IMG/VR virus record: IMGVR_UViG_3300017909_003089
Span: 1 to 52,450 of that record
Source: a virus
Lineage: Duplodnaviria > Caudoviricetes
Length of the DNA stretch: 52,450 nt
Strand: one strand, 5' to 3'
Shown here piece after piece: positions 1 through 8,805 of the stretch (position 1 is its first letter; each line of letters begins with the position of its first letter). The notes below the pieces were generated by a model, which was given only the letters and a program-made list of their open reading frames with translations, was not told where the DNA came from and did not search any database. Made by a program: the position numbers and the translations under genes.

Positions 1-119
1 ATTGTACCTTTAGGATTTTCATCAGTGTACAAGTCTGAATGACTAGAACTTCCGGTATGTTGGCCTTTTTTTCTAGGTGTTCTTTTTTCAGCTTCTAAAA
101 AAATCTTAAATGTTTTCAT
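1..119 (-). CDS. 5' part of a hypothetical virion-associated protein (runs off the window)
   Basis: Hand translation MKTFKIFLEAEKRTPRKKGQHTGSSSHSDLYTDENPKGT; preceded by late promoter TATAAATA at 125-132. Confidence 0.75.
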   Translation of the reverse strand, partial: MKTFKIFLEAEKRTPRKKGQHTGSSSHSDLYTDENPKGT

Positions 120-127
120 AATATTAT

Positions 128-1234
128 TTATAATTGTTTTATCCTTATATCTATACCATCGCCATCATTTCCAATAATTACTCCCTGCCAAGATGGTGTA
201 TCTGTTTCGACTGTAAATGAATTGCCTGTAGCTATTGTTATTTCAATTAATCCTTGGACATTTCTATATAATACCAAATCTCCATCTCTTAAAAATACAT
301 TATATTGTGATTCGTCATTTAAACCTCTTCTTGCACCTTTGATATCAAACTCTCCTAATGTATCAAATAAGTCTCCAGAATCAACGATGTCTAATACATC
401 TATTAAAAACTCTACATCTAATTCATCAATATCAAGTTCAGTAAAATCTTCAAGTTCGTCTTCTTCTAACTCATCTTCTTCTAATTCATTAAATTCTAAA
501 AAGTCGATATCAAGTAATCCTTGGTCTTCATTTTGTTCATCTGCTAATTCTTCTTCTATCTGTTGTTTTATATCTTCGGGCGGATTAACAATAAACATAT
601 TATCAATTAAAGCTGGTGTAATACCATTAATCACTGTTTCTTGTGTGGGCGGTCTATCATATGAAGCAACCATGGTCGCAGCATATGCTTCATCAAGTAC
701 TACTGTTCCACCAAGATTTGATACTTCAATAACTCCAGATGGATTACCTTGGTCATCTGGTAGTAATATAATTAAACTTCTTCCGATTTCATCAATCGTA
801 GTTGTAAAGTCTGTTCCTCTAACTGCTATCGTTGCAGTCGGAGTACTGATTTCTATATTTGCTTTATTAACTAATCCTAGAGAACCTGATGCAAACCTTG
901 CTGTTCCACTAACCATCTTCATAGTCATTTTAGAAAGATTAGGATTAGGGTCATAATAGACTGTGTCTATAATAACACGAGAATGTTCTTTGAGTTGAAG
1001 TTCTGCTTTATCTAAAAATTCAATAAGCATACGACCGTCAGCCGTTTCTGCTTTATCGTTTAGATTAATTTCGAGACCGACTTCGTGATTAAGTGTTTCA
1101 TTACCTCTAGTAATTCCACCGTATCCTTTGGTCTCTCTGATGTCGCCAATGGGCTCAGCATAACTGAACCCACTGATGAGTAAAAGACTAAGAGTCGTTG
1201 CCTGCGTCTTTTTGATTAAGTTGAATGATTGCAT
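128..1234 (-). CDS. FecR-domain protein with acidic C-terminal region
   Basis: Signal-like N-terminus; FecR-type segment ISTPTATIAVRGTDF; last gene of the curli-like operon. Confidence 0.8.
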   Translation of the reverse strand: MQSFNLIKKTQATTLSLLLISGFSYAEPIGDIRETKGYGGITRGNETLNHEVGLEINLNDKAETADGRMLIEFLDKAELQLKEHSRVIIDTVYYDPNPNLSKMTMKMVSGTARFASGSLGLVNKANIEISTPTATIAVRGTDFTTTIDEIGRSLIILLPDDQGNPSGVIEVSNLGGTVVLDEAYAATMVASYDRPPTQETVINGITPALIDNMFIVNPPEDIKQQIEEELADEQNEDQGLLDIDFLEFNELEEDELEEDELEDFTELDIDELDVEFLIDVLDIVDSGDLFDTLGEFDIKGARRGLNDESQYNVFLRDGDLVLYRNVQGLIEITIATGNSFTVETDTPSWQGVIIGNDGDGIDIRIKQL

Positions 1235-1925
1235 TATCTGATGTGATATCTAAAACAATGTTAGCATTAGGTGTTGCACATGCAACTCCTGCGCCAGATG
1301 CACAAGTACCAGATATTTGATTAATATCAACATCTGCAGAGTCACCATCTAAAGTGAACTCTAAGTTTTGTGAACCATCGTTTTGTAATGTGTTAATATT
1401 GTTTGAACTTCCTGTTACGTCAAAGTTCCATACGTTATCATCACTTTCCCAATCGATATCAAATACATTTGAATCACCGATTAATATTAAATCAGCATCT
1501 AACCTTTCTGCACTATAAACATAACCTTGGTCAATATCAAAAGTGTTTGAATCACCTGTGACATCAAAGTTTATGTTTGAATCATCTGAACTACCGATGT
1601 AACCAATATTCCAATCGATTTTATTTGAGTCTCCCGTAAAGTCTAACTTATAGTAAGAACTATCAGCTATGACAGGACCAAATAAAACGTTTTGATTACC
1701 TGTAAAATCTAAATCGAATTCTAAAGAACTACCTGTGATACTCATAGCAGAACCTGAGCCACTTGAAAAGTCGTCTCCACCAATTTTGTTTCCAAAACCG
1801 ATTTGGTCTACGTATAATTTTAATGTATCACCTGTTTGAGTGATTTTGATTTCGTTATCATCAGTGGCTTGTGCGAAAACAAAAGATGTCGACAATAGTA
1901 TTACTATACTTAAAAGTTTATTCAT
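1188..1925 (-). CDS. Secreted curlin-like beta-repeat protein
   Basis: Signal peptide ending FVFA; repeats FTGNQN, FTGDSN, VTGDSN, LIGDSN, VTGSSN; directly downstream of csgG. Confidence 0.7.
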   Translation of the reverse strand: MNKLLSIVILLSTSFVFAQATDDNEIKITQTGDTLKLYVDQIGFGNKIGGDDFSSGSGSAMSITGSSLEFDLDFTGNQNVLFGPVIADSSYYKLDFTGDSNKIDWNIGYIGSSDDSNINFDVTGDSNTFDIDQGYVYSAERLDADLILIGDSNVFDIDWESDDNVWNFDVTGSSNNINTLQNDGSQNLEFTLDGDSADVDINQISGTCASGAGVACATPNANIVLDITSDNAIIQLNQKDAGNDS

Positions 1926-2916
1926 TTTCGTTTACCTCTTCTAATTGATGTTTATCGTTTTTCCCATCTATTTGATGAGGGTGACGATGCCCATCTTTAA
2001 TTACCCAATAGCCTCTATCGTGGCCTTGGTATATTAATTCCAACACGGCAGCTTCAACAGCTGTCCTTGTCGCATATGTCACTGACTCATTATTACCCAC
2101 TCCGTCCTCATATTCTACTAATGTGGTACTATTATCTACGAATCTAAATATATCACCACTTCCACCATAACTAAGAATTGTTTTCTTAGCTTGGACATTC
2201 AATAATACTTCACCAGTTAAAACTGAAACAGCTCTAACTGATACGGTGACGACATCTTGTGTATATCGTTTACTTTTACCAATTCCTAAAAGTCGTGCGC
2301 CCCGACCTCCTGTTTGGATATTAGTATCATAGCCAATAATTCCACCTTCTATAATCATTCCGGCAAATAATAGTGGATTTAATGGTTGCGGACCACCGTC
2401 GCCCGCAAATTCTTGCCTAGCACTTCGTATAATTTGTCTTTCTCTTACCAAATTATCAATGCCTTGTCTTTCTACAACTCTAAACCATTTACCATCTCCA
2501 GCAGTCTTTAATGCATCAATTAGCATTTCAGTTCCGCCTTGTGTTACAGCTGTAGAGAAATCTGCTATACCTTCTCTTTCTTTTCTTTGTCCTGTTTTAT
2601 CAAGGAATCCATACACAGCTACGACAGGCATATCATCGGCAGCTGGTAGATTTAATAATTCCATATATGATGGTAATCTTACAACTTCTGGTTCCTCTAC
2701 ACATATATAAGAATGTTTTAATGTTTTTTCTAAACGAGCTTTTGCATTTTTTATAGATGAACTATGAAATATAGCATCAACATCTGATTCACCTTTTTCG
2801 TAATCAGATGGTGCAAAAGTTATTTGTTTACATTCTTGTGGCATTTCGGACCACACAGGGTCAGACGATTCATTCATCGCCCCTAATATAACTAATAATG
2901 CAAATAAACCTTCCAT
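1918..2916 (-). CDS. csgG: Curli secretion channel CsgG
   Basis: VAVYGFLDKTGQRK, FSTAVTQGG, WFRVVERQGIDNLVRERQIIR and IEGGIIGYD are CsgG motifs. Confidence 0.92.
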   Translation of the reverse strand: MEGLFALLVILGAMNESSDPVWSEMPQECKQITFAPSDYEKGESDVDAIFHSSSIKNAKARLEKTLKHSYICVEEPEVVRLPSYMELLNLPAADDMPVVAVYGFLDKTGQRKEREGIADFSTAVTQGGTEMLIDALKTAGDGKWFRVVERQGIDNLVRERQIIRSARQEFAGDGGPQPLNPLLFAGMIIEGGIIGYDTNIQTGGRGARLLGIGKSKRYTQDVVTVSVRAVSVLTGEVLLNVQAKKTILSYGGSGDIFRFVDNSTTLVEYEDGVGNNESVTYATRTAVEAAVLELIYQGHDRGYWVIKDGHRHPHQIDGKNDKHQLEEVNENE

Positions 2917-3420
2917 TTAGCCATCCGGGTCTTGGCCGAAATTACCAGAACCTATAGGTATTTCGATTACTGTAGTAGTACCGTCTTCTCCGACGATAGT
3001 CATTTTAATATATTCAGTACCATCAGCATTTGTAATTACTTCATATGTAACTACATTACCTTCTAAAGTAAATGATCCAAACCTTACTGAGTCATCGTTA
3101 CTGAACATTGACTCTACTAATTGTTTTGATAGCTGAGCATATATACGGCTTTCTAAGTTTCGTATAAATTTTGCCATAGTAGTATTTTCAGCTTCTCTTT
3201 CGGCCGCTTTACGAGCAGCTTCCATAGCATCTTTAATTGCTTTCTTTCTACTATGTTCTTGATTTTCAATGGTAAGGTAATGTGCTCCAGTACCTTGTCC
3301 ACTAAAAGATGGATTTTTAAATTTGTGAACTACATCAGCTGCTTCTAAAGGATTGCTTATTGCTAATATAGATATAAGAAAAATACTACCGAGTGTAGCT
3401 AACTCAAGTTTTGCCATCAT
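2917..3420 (-). CDS. csgF: Curli assembly protein CsgF
   Basis: Signal peptide then VHKFKNPSFSG; C-terminal GTTTVIEIP; ATG at 3420 with GAGGAGG SD; adjacent to csgG. Confidence 0.85.
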   Translation of the reverse strand: MMAKLELATLGSIFLISILAISNPLEAADVVHKFKNPSFSGQGTGAHYLTIENQEHSRKKAIKDAMEAARKAAEREAENTTMAKFIRNLESRIYAQLSKQLVESMFSNDDSVRFGSFTLEGNVVTYEVITNADGTEYIKMTIVGEDGTTTVIEIPIGSGNFGQDPDG

Positions 3421-3706
3421 TTCCTCCTCTTTTATTTCTCTTCTTTTTTTCATTCTCTTTATATTCTAAAACAACATTTACTTTTTGTTGTAAACGTATC
3501 ATATCTTGGTCCAACATTCTTACTTGGTCAATAACTCTGATTAATTGGAGATGCATCTTTTCGATTTGTGGGTCAATTTCTTCATTAATAAATTTATATA
3601 CAAAGTATACGAAATAACCTAATCCTACAACCATTACCACAGGAAATCCATAATCTTGGATTAGGGTAACAAGTGTAAAATCATCTTGCGTTAATGCTAC
3701 GTCCAT
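3404..3706 (-). CDS. Small membrane protein with coiled coil (paralog-like of 3708-4004)
   Basis: One TM helix after LIQDYGFP, then a heptad region. Confidence 0.7.
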   Translation of the reverse strand: MDVALTQDDFTLVTLIQDYGFPVVMVVGLGYFVYFVYKFINEEIDPQIEKMHLQLIRVIDQVRMLDQDMIRLQQKVNVVLEYKENEKKKRNKRGGNDGKT

Positions 3707-3707
3707 A

Positions 3708-4004
3708 TTAATCTCTTCTCACATCAAGTTTACCATCTTCGATAAAGTTTTCCGCTCTTGCGACTCTTTCGATATCTGGTCTTAGTTCAAGTGCACTACT
3801 TACTAGCATGTCGATTTTAATCATTTCATTTGACATACTTCTTGCTCTGTTTTCTAAAGATTCACAAAACATAGTAAGTGTTTTGATATCATCTACGATA
3901 CCTTCCATAATTTGTTTAATAATTATGAATATAAAAATACCCATAACCACAGCTCCCGCAATCGGCAGCCCAACGTCACTTATTAAACTAAATACTTCTT
4001 CCAT
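3708..4004 (-). CDS. Small membrane protein, first gene of curli-like operon
   Basis: LISDVGLP plus TM helix plus coiled coil; late promoter at 4014-4021. Confidence 0.7.
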   Translation of the reverse strand: MEEVFSLISDVGLPIAGAVVMGIFIFIIIKQIMEGIVDDIKTLTMFCESLENRARSMSNEMIKIDMLVSSALELRPDIERVARAENFIEDGKLDVRRD

Positions 4005-4013
4005 AATATAGTT

Positions 4014-4021
4014 TATTTATA
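4014..4021 (-). promoter_or_regulatory. T4-type late promoter TATAAATA driving the curli-like operon
   Basis: Exact TATAAATA 9 nt upstream of the ATG at 4004. Confidence 0.75.
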
Positions 4022-4042
4022 ATATTATGGTCTTTAAAAGCG

Positions 4043-4369
4043 TTAAATTGAGAAATTAATTGATACGCCACAACCGCAGGACGCGGTCTCTTTATCGTTA
4101 TAGAATTTAAAATATTCATTCAGTCCCTCTCTAATATAATCTATTGTCATACCTTCTAGATAAGGGACTGAATTGTTGTCAATTAGAAATTTCCACTTTC
4201 CATAGTCTAAGACTATGTCGTCAGAAGTTTGAATAGTATTAGTATGAAACACATACTCAAAACCAGCGCAGCCTCCGCCTGTGACCCCAAGCCGTATATA
4301 ATCAAATTGTTCTTCGGCTTGTTTTTGCACCAGTTTTTGAATAGCTTCATCTGTTATTTCTATTTGCAT
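4043..4369 (-). CDS. iscA: IscA/HesB A-type Fe-S cluster carrier
   Basis: GGGCAGFEY and C-terminal SCGCGVS motifs. Confidence 0.92.
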   Translation of the reverse strand: MQIEITDEAIQKLVQKQAEEQFDYIRLGVTGGGCAGFEYVFHTNTIQTSDDIVLDYGKWKFLIDNNSVPYLEGMTIDYIREGLNEYFKFYNDKETASCGCGVSINFSI

Positions 4370-4466
4370 CCTTCTTACGTTTCTTCTTTTTCTTTAACTC
4401 TACCATTCCACCTAGAGCAAAGATAGTGGCATAACTCTTACCAAGTTCTTTTCCTAATTTTGCCAT
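4347..4466 (-). CDS. Small basic hypothetical protein (39 aa)
   Basis: Hand translation MAKLGKELGKSYATIFALGGMVELKKKKKRKKDANRNNR; GGAGG SD. Confidence 0.55.
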   Translation of the reverse strand: MAKLGKELGKSYATIFALGGMVELKKKKKRKKDANRNNR

Positions 4467-4501
4467 GTGCCCTCCGTTTTTTTGGAGGATAAGATTGGAG
4501 A

Positions 4502-4765
4502 CTAGTTAGAGTATGCTACTGCTACTGCTTTAACACCAGTTACTGACCCACCTACTTCAAGAGTATGAGCAGTATTTTTTTCCAAGATTACATCAGTACC
4601 TGTTCGTACTGTAATAGTACCAACAACATCAGAACCATTTTTTACGGTTACTAATTGGTCTGCAGCATTAGAATTATATACTCTAATTAGCTTTTGTAAT
4701 CCTAAATTAGATGCAGTGTTGCTTAGAGCTACTTCTGATCCAACTAATTTTAATTGCTTTGCCAT
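4502..4765 (-). CDS. Hypothetical protein, possibly structural
   Basis: 87-aa beta-rich ORF in late region. Confidence 0.65.
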   Translation of the reverse strand: MAKQLKLVGSEVALSNTASNLGLQKLIRVYNSNAADQLVTVKNGSDVVGTITVRTGTDVILEKNTAHTLEVGGSVTGVKAVAVAYSN

Positions 4766-4776
4766 TTTATTTTACC

Positions 4777-5067
4777 TTATTTTTTAACTGTTTTTCTTGG
4801 TCTTCCTCTCTTGGCTGGAGCTTTTTTCGCAACTGCTTTTTTCTTTACAGGTGCTTTTTTCTTAACAGGAGCTTTTCTTTTTTTCTTGGCTGGTGTTTTA
4901 CCATCCTTATAAGCTTCGTTAACAAAAGGAGTGCTTTTATCATCTTTTACATAATGACCTTTAGCATTCCTTGCTCTTTCGCCAGAGGCAGGTTTTAGAT
5001 AATCGTAGGTAGCATATGCTATCACTCCGATAAATAAAACTCCAATCAATATAGAACCTAATTCCAT
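4777..5067 (-). CDS. Membrane-anchored protein with Lys/Ala/Pro-rich histone-like tail
   Basis: N-terminal TM helix; KKKAPV repeats; KRGRPRK AT-hook-like motif; late promoter at 5092-5099. Confidence 0.7.
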   Translation of the reverse strand: MELGSILIGVLFIGVIAYATYDYLKPASGERARNAKGHYVKDDKSTPFVNEAYKDGKTPAKKKRKAPVKKKAPVKKKAVAKKAPAKRGRPRKTVKK

Positions 5068-5161
5068 AATATCCTCCATTATTTATTATTATATTTATAA
5101 TACTCGATAAACTCTTTCCACTTAAAAAAGTCTTTTCTTTCGTGGCACCAAAATTGGCCTT

Positions 5162-5602
5162 TTATATCTTCTCGAGTCTCGTCATTAGCCTCTCGGCTCT
5201 GTTCGTCACTTGCTTGTACCATCTTGAATCTCTCCCTTCAATTGCGGCTGTTTTCCAATCACCACTTTGCAGCGCTGCGTTGTGGCGTTTAAATTTACTC
5301 AAGCGCGTGAGTCCCATATTAAACATCATGTTTGCGACAATCTGTTTTACCTCTTCTGGGTAACCGTCCCAACCATCATGTAATTTTTTGCAGTCTTCAA
5401 TGACTGTCTGAACGTCTTTTTCAAAACATTCATCAACCCTTTCCTCTGATACAAGTGTTCCCACTTCCTGACCATGTTCAGGGTCTGATTCTAAAACTAG
5501 ATGTCCAATACCAAATGTTGGATAACCAAGGTGATCTTTATATATGCTATATACCACACCTTCATCCACTTTTAATGTTTCTTTTAATTGTTCTATATTC
5601 AT
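5162..5602 (-). CDS. e: T4-type lysozyme (GH24 endolysin)
   Basis: DEG..YKDHLGYPTFGIGHL catalytic E/D/T region; DSRWYKQVTNRAERL. Confidence 0.93.
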   Translation of the reverse strand: MNIEQLKETLKVDEGVVYSIYKDHLGYPTFGIGHLVLESDPEHGQEVGTLVSEERVDECFEKDVQTVIEDCKKLHDGWDGYPEEVKQIVANMMFNMGLTRLSKFKRHNAALQSGDWKTAAIEGRDSRWYKQVTNRAERLMTRLEKI

Positions 5603-6319
5603 TTAAGCTCCTATTTTAAATGTGTATACATTATTTTCGTTTCTTAATAATTCCCATGTTGGATTATTTTCTTGAATCCATGATAATTTATAGGCTGAAA
5701 ATAATTGTGTTTTTTCTGTATTATTATCTATTTCTTCATCATATAATATATTATCTGTATTTTCCCAATACATTCTTTCACTAAATTCTTCAATAGAATC
5801 AATCCATGTTTTTGTATTTATATTTATATCATCAGAACGTTCTACATTTTTTTTAATAACTGCACTGAGTTCTATTAATTTTTCAGGCGAATATAAATTA
5901 AATATTATATATCCATTTTCATTTAACATACTTTGTAAATCAGATAATATTGGAAGTGTATATGATAAACTACAATGAGTAAATACATTCCATGCAAAAA
6001 TAATATCATATGTATCATGTAATATATCTGATAAATTTATTACTTTATTTCCGGAAAAATTATATGATGGATGATATTTATTAAAGTGAACAAAGTTATA
6101 ATTTGGATATTGTGTTGATAATTCATCGATAAATGTTTTTTGCACATCAACACCAGTATAGGAGCAATTTAAATCTTCTGGAAACGAAAAAGGTAAACGG
6201 CCAGAATTACACCCAAAATCTAATATTGATTTATTAGAACAATCTACGTTGAGCTCATCAGCATATGAATTTCCATAATGATAAATTCTTAAATCTTTAT
6301 CTGTTATGTTGTTTGCCAT
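5603..6319 (-). CDS. Class I SAM-dependent methyltransferase
   Basis: ILDFGCNSG motif I; YTGVD; YDIIFAWNVFTH. Confidence 0.8.
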   Translation of the reverse strand: MANNITDKDLRIYHYGNSYADELNVDCSNKSILDFGCNSGRLPFSFPEDLNCSYTGVDVQKTFIDELSTQYPNYNFVHFNKYHPSYNFSGNKVINLSDILHDTYDIIFAWNVFTHCSLSYTLPILSDLQSMLNENGYIIFNLYSPEKLIELSAVIKKNVERSDDININTKTWIDSIEEFSERMYWENTDNILYDEEIDNNTEKTQLFSAYKLSWIQENNPTWELLRNENNVYTFKIGA

Positions 6320-6894
6320 TTCATTTCCCTAAACTCTTTATCGAGCTTATTATATTTTTTATATGTTTTACATTCAGGTGTATTATATATATGTTGATTT
6401 TTTATATTAAATACTAGTTGAATAAAATCTTTTATTTCAATTGGATAATGTATATTTGCCTTACCATATCTAAATTTCATTTTATCACCAGTTTCTTTCA
6501 AAACAAATTTCCAAAAATATTTGTTTATTTTTACAGGTTCTGGATTTCTTCTAAAATTTTCTTTTAATTTATATTGTAATAAAGTACCATCAAAACAATG
6601 ATCACCTGTTCTATTATAATCTTCTATATGCTTAAACACTTTCGTATTTTCAAATACTTGTTCATCAATGGATATATTATAAGCATTTTTTGCAAATGCT
6701 TTAAAATCTAGTATTTTTTTTCCTAACTCTTCTGTAGGATTACCTATAAAAACTAAATCAATATCCCATGTAAAATTATATGGAAAATTACTCCATAAAT
6801 ATATTTGATACTTTTTAAAGATTTCTAAAAAATTATAATTTTCTAGACAATCAATAAAATCATCTATAACTGGTGTATTAAGAATTCGCATCAA
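6304..6894 (-). CDS. Hypothetical protein, possibly nucleotidyltransferase-like
   Basis: WDIDLVFIG DxD motif; very AT-rich. Confidence 0.5.
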   Translation of the reverse strand: MMRILNTPVIDDFIDCLENYNFLEIFKKYQIYLWSNFPYNFTWDIDLVFIGNPTEELGKKILDFKAFAKNAYNISIDEQVFENTKVFKHIEDYNRTGDHCFDGTLLQYKLKENFRRNPEPVKINKYFWKFVLKETGDKMKFRYGKANIHYPIEIKDFIQLVFNIKNQHIYNTPECKTYKKYNKLDKEFREMKWQTT

Positions 6895-7780
6895 AACTTT
6901 CTACATCCATACTAAATGAGCCAGTTCTTGTATATAAATCAACAACTGTATTTCCATTTGCTCTTAATTGTATTTTTAAACTATCACTTCCACTATATGC
7001 AATTTCAGCCTTTGAATATCCAGTAGAAGATGTTTGGTCACTGGAAACAGCTAACATAGCTGACATATTACCGCTTGTTGTTCTTAAAGAGCGATATGTA
7101 CCACTTGGTCCAGAACTTATATTATTAAAACTCGTAACTTCGGTACCAGTTGTGTTATTATTGTTTATATTTGATGTACTTAAATGAGATGTACTACTAA
7201 AAACTTCAAATACTTTTCCATCACTTGTACTAAATCCATTTTGGACAGTTATAGCTTGTCCTGAATGAACAAATCTTGCTTCTAAACTAGACAATATTCC
7301 ACTATAAGAAATTGAAGCTGTATTTGTTGAACCAATATTTGTATTAAATCCACCAGGACCATCAGTATTTGTAAATGTAAATGAAATAGTTTTTGTACTT
7401 GTATTTAATACCATATTACAAGCTGTACAATAATCAGTATCATTACCATTTCTATTTTGTTGTGAACCATTAAATGGATAAGTTGAATTAACAGAAATTG
7501 AACCTGGTGTTCCCCAAGTAAATTGACTATATCCATGAAACTCTGACATTGCAAAAGGTGCTGATTCATTTGGTGAACCATCACGGAACTCATTGATATC
7601 TCCATCATGTATAAAATCTCTTGCATGATTGCTTGCGCCAGGATTTACAGTAGTACCATTTACTGAAAAACCTGTTAAGCTAAAATCCTTATCATCTCCA
7701 GATCTTCTATTTGAAGAAAGGCCTGTTTTTTCTTGATATATATCCAACATGGATATTTGACCTGAATTTGGTAATGCCAT
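6878..7780 (-). CDS. Putative tail-tip/receptor-binding structural protein
   Basis: MALPNSGQISMLDI...AMSEFHGY N-terminal module typical of phage tail-associated proteins; Ser/Thr/Gly-rich body. Confidence 0.55.
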   Translation of the reverse strand: MALPNSGQISMLDIYQEKTGLSSNRRSGDDKDFSLTGFSVNGTTVNPGASNHARDFIHDGDINEFRDGSPNESAPFAMSEFHGYSQFTWGTPGSISVNSTYPFNGSQQNRNGNDTDYCTACNMVLNTSTKTISFTFTNTDGPGGFNTNIGSTNTASISYSGILSSLEARFVHSGQAITVQNGFSTSDGKVFEVFSSTSHLSTSNINNNNTTGTEVTSFNNISSGPSGTYRSLRTTSGNMSAMLAVSSDQTSSTGYSKAEIAYSGSDSLKIQLRANGNTVVDLYTRTGSFSMDVESFDANS

Positions 7781-8046
7781 TACTTAATAATCCCCGCTAT
7801 TAACTCTTCAAAAGCTTCTACTTTTTCCGTTCTCTTTGGCCAGTAGATATAATCTTTTTCTGGGTTCTTTTTTAAATTTGATAGTAAAGGTAATATAGAA
7901 TTATATAGCTTATTTAATTTGTCTTCAAGCTCTTCAGCTTTACCTGATGTTGATTCTAATTTTTGTGTTTGCTTTTGGACTACTTCCAGTTCATCTTCGT
8001 CTACTGCTGTAAATCCAAAATCAAATTGGTCTAAATCTATACTCAT
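7780..8046 (-). CDS. Hypothetical T4-like phage protein
   Basis: DFGFTAVDEDEL...NPEKDYIYWPKR; late promoter at 8068-8075. Confidence 0.7.
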   Translation of the reverse strand: MSIDLDQFDFGFTAVDEDELEVVQKQTQKLESTSGKAEELEDKLNKLYNSILPLLSNLKKNPEKDYIYWPKRTEKVEAFEELIAGIIK

Positions 8047-8048
8047 TT

Positions 8049-8234
8049 TTATTCCTCTGTATTATTATATTTATAATCTCTGGGTATGACTTTTGTCTTA
8101 TCTTTATGTATTTGTGTAGCACCATGTTTAGGTGTTTTCTTTCTAACAAATATCGTATCCCAGTTATCTTCAAACTCTTTTTGATTAGTTATAGGTCTCT
8201 GTTTAGAACCTTTTCCTCCGTGCCAACCGCTCAT
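8049..8234 (-). CDS. Small hypothetical protein
   Basis: WHGGKGSKQRP; translationally coupled to upstream ORF. Confidence 0.65.
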   Translation of the reverse strand: MSGWHGGKGSKQRPITNQKEFEDNWDTIFVRKKTPKHGATQIHKDKTKVIPRDYKYNNTEE

Positions 8235-8371
8235 TTCCCTTGGCCTCGATATTTCTTATAACTTCTCTTTTTCGCTTTATTCATTGTGGCCATTGACTTT
8301 GGATTCCTTCCAATCGATGTGCCCTTTCTTATTCCTGTATGTACACTAACATATCCACTTTTTGCTGCCAT
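8231..8371 (-). CDS. Small basic protein ending KKYRGQGK (46 aa)
   Basis: Hand translation MAAKSGYVSVHTGIRKGTSIGRNPKSMATMNKAKKRSYKKYRGQGK; GAGG SD. Confidence 0.7.
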   Translation of the reverse strand: MAAKSGYVSVHTGIRKGTSIGRNPKSMATMNKAKKRSYKKYRGQGK

Positions 8372-8383
8372 AATTACCTCTCA

Positions 8384-8536
8384 TTATATTACATAATTTA
8401 AATAAAAATATATAGAACTACCTATAAGTGCTATAGATGCTATTACTCTTAATACCCAAATCCAAAAAGCTCTTTTCTTCTTTTTATGGTATTCTTCTAA
8501 ATCTAATACTTGACGTATTCTATCTATCTTATCCAA
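8384..8536 (-). CDS. Small C-terminally anchored membrane protein (50 aa)
   Basis: Hand translation from TTG: MDKIDRIRQVLDLEEYHKKKKRAFWIWVLRVIASIALIGSSIYFYLNYVI. Confidence 0.55.
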   Translation of the reverse strand: MDKIDRIRQVLDLEEYHKKKKRAFWIWVLRVIASIALIGSSIYFYLNYVI

Positions 8537-8726
8537 AAACTACTCCGCCTCTTTTTACTAATTCGTTTTTAATTTTTTGCTTATCCTTTTTTCGTGTACT
8601 AGGATTATTATACTTTTCTATTAACTCTTGTTTACTAAATAGTTTTATGTAAGGATTCATTACTGTAACTTTCTTAGTAACTCTATCAATTTGCTTGTGT
8701 GATTTACCTAACTTAATTGGCATCAT
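8529..8726 (-). CDS. Small basic hypothetical protein
   Basis: GGAGG SD before MMPIKLGKS. Confidence 0.65.
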   Translation of the reverse strand: MMPIKLGKSHKQIDRVTKKVTVMNPYIKLFSKQELIEKYNNPSTRKKDKQKIKNELVKRGGVVFG

Positions 8727-8794
8727 AACCTCCCTGTCATTATAAGCCACCATCGGAAGTATCTTTTTCCTTCTCCGTACCTAGCGCTTCTCAT
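8723..8794 (-). CDS. Micro-ORF (23 aa)
   Basis: MRSARYGEGKRYFRWWLIMTGRL; stop overlaps next start (ATGA). Confidence 0.45.
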   Translation of the reverse strand: MRSARYGEGKRYFRWWLIMTGRL

Positions 8795-8805
8795 TTTATT
8801 ATACA

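Noticed and set aside
222-956. 244-aa Ser-rich plus-strand ORF
   Set aside because: Antisense shadow of the acidic FecR gene (GAA/GAT codons read as Ser); no SD or promoter. The same applies to the other plus-strand ORFs.
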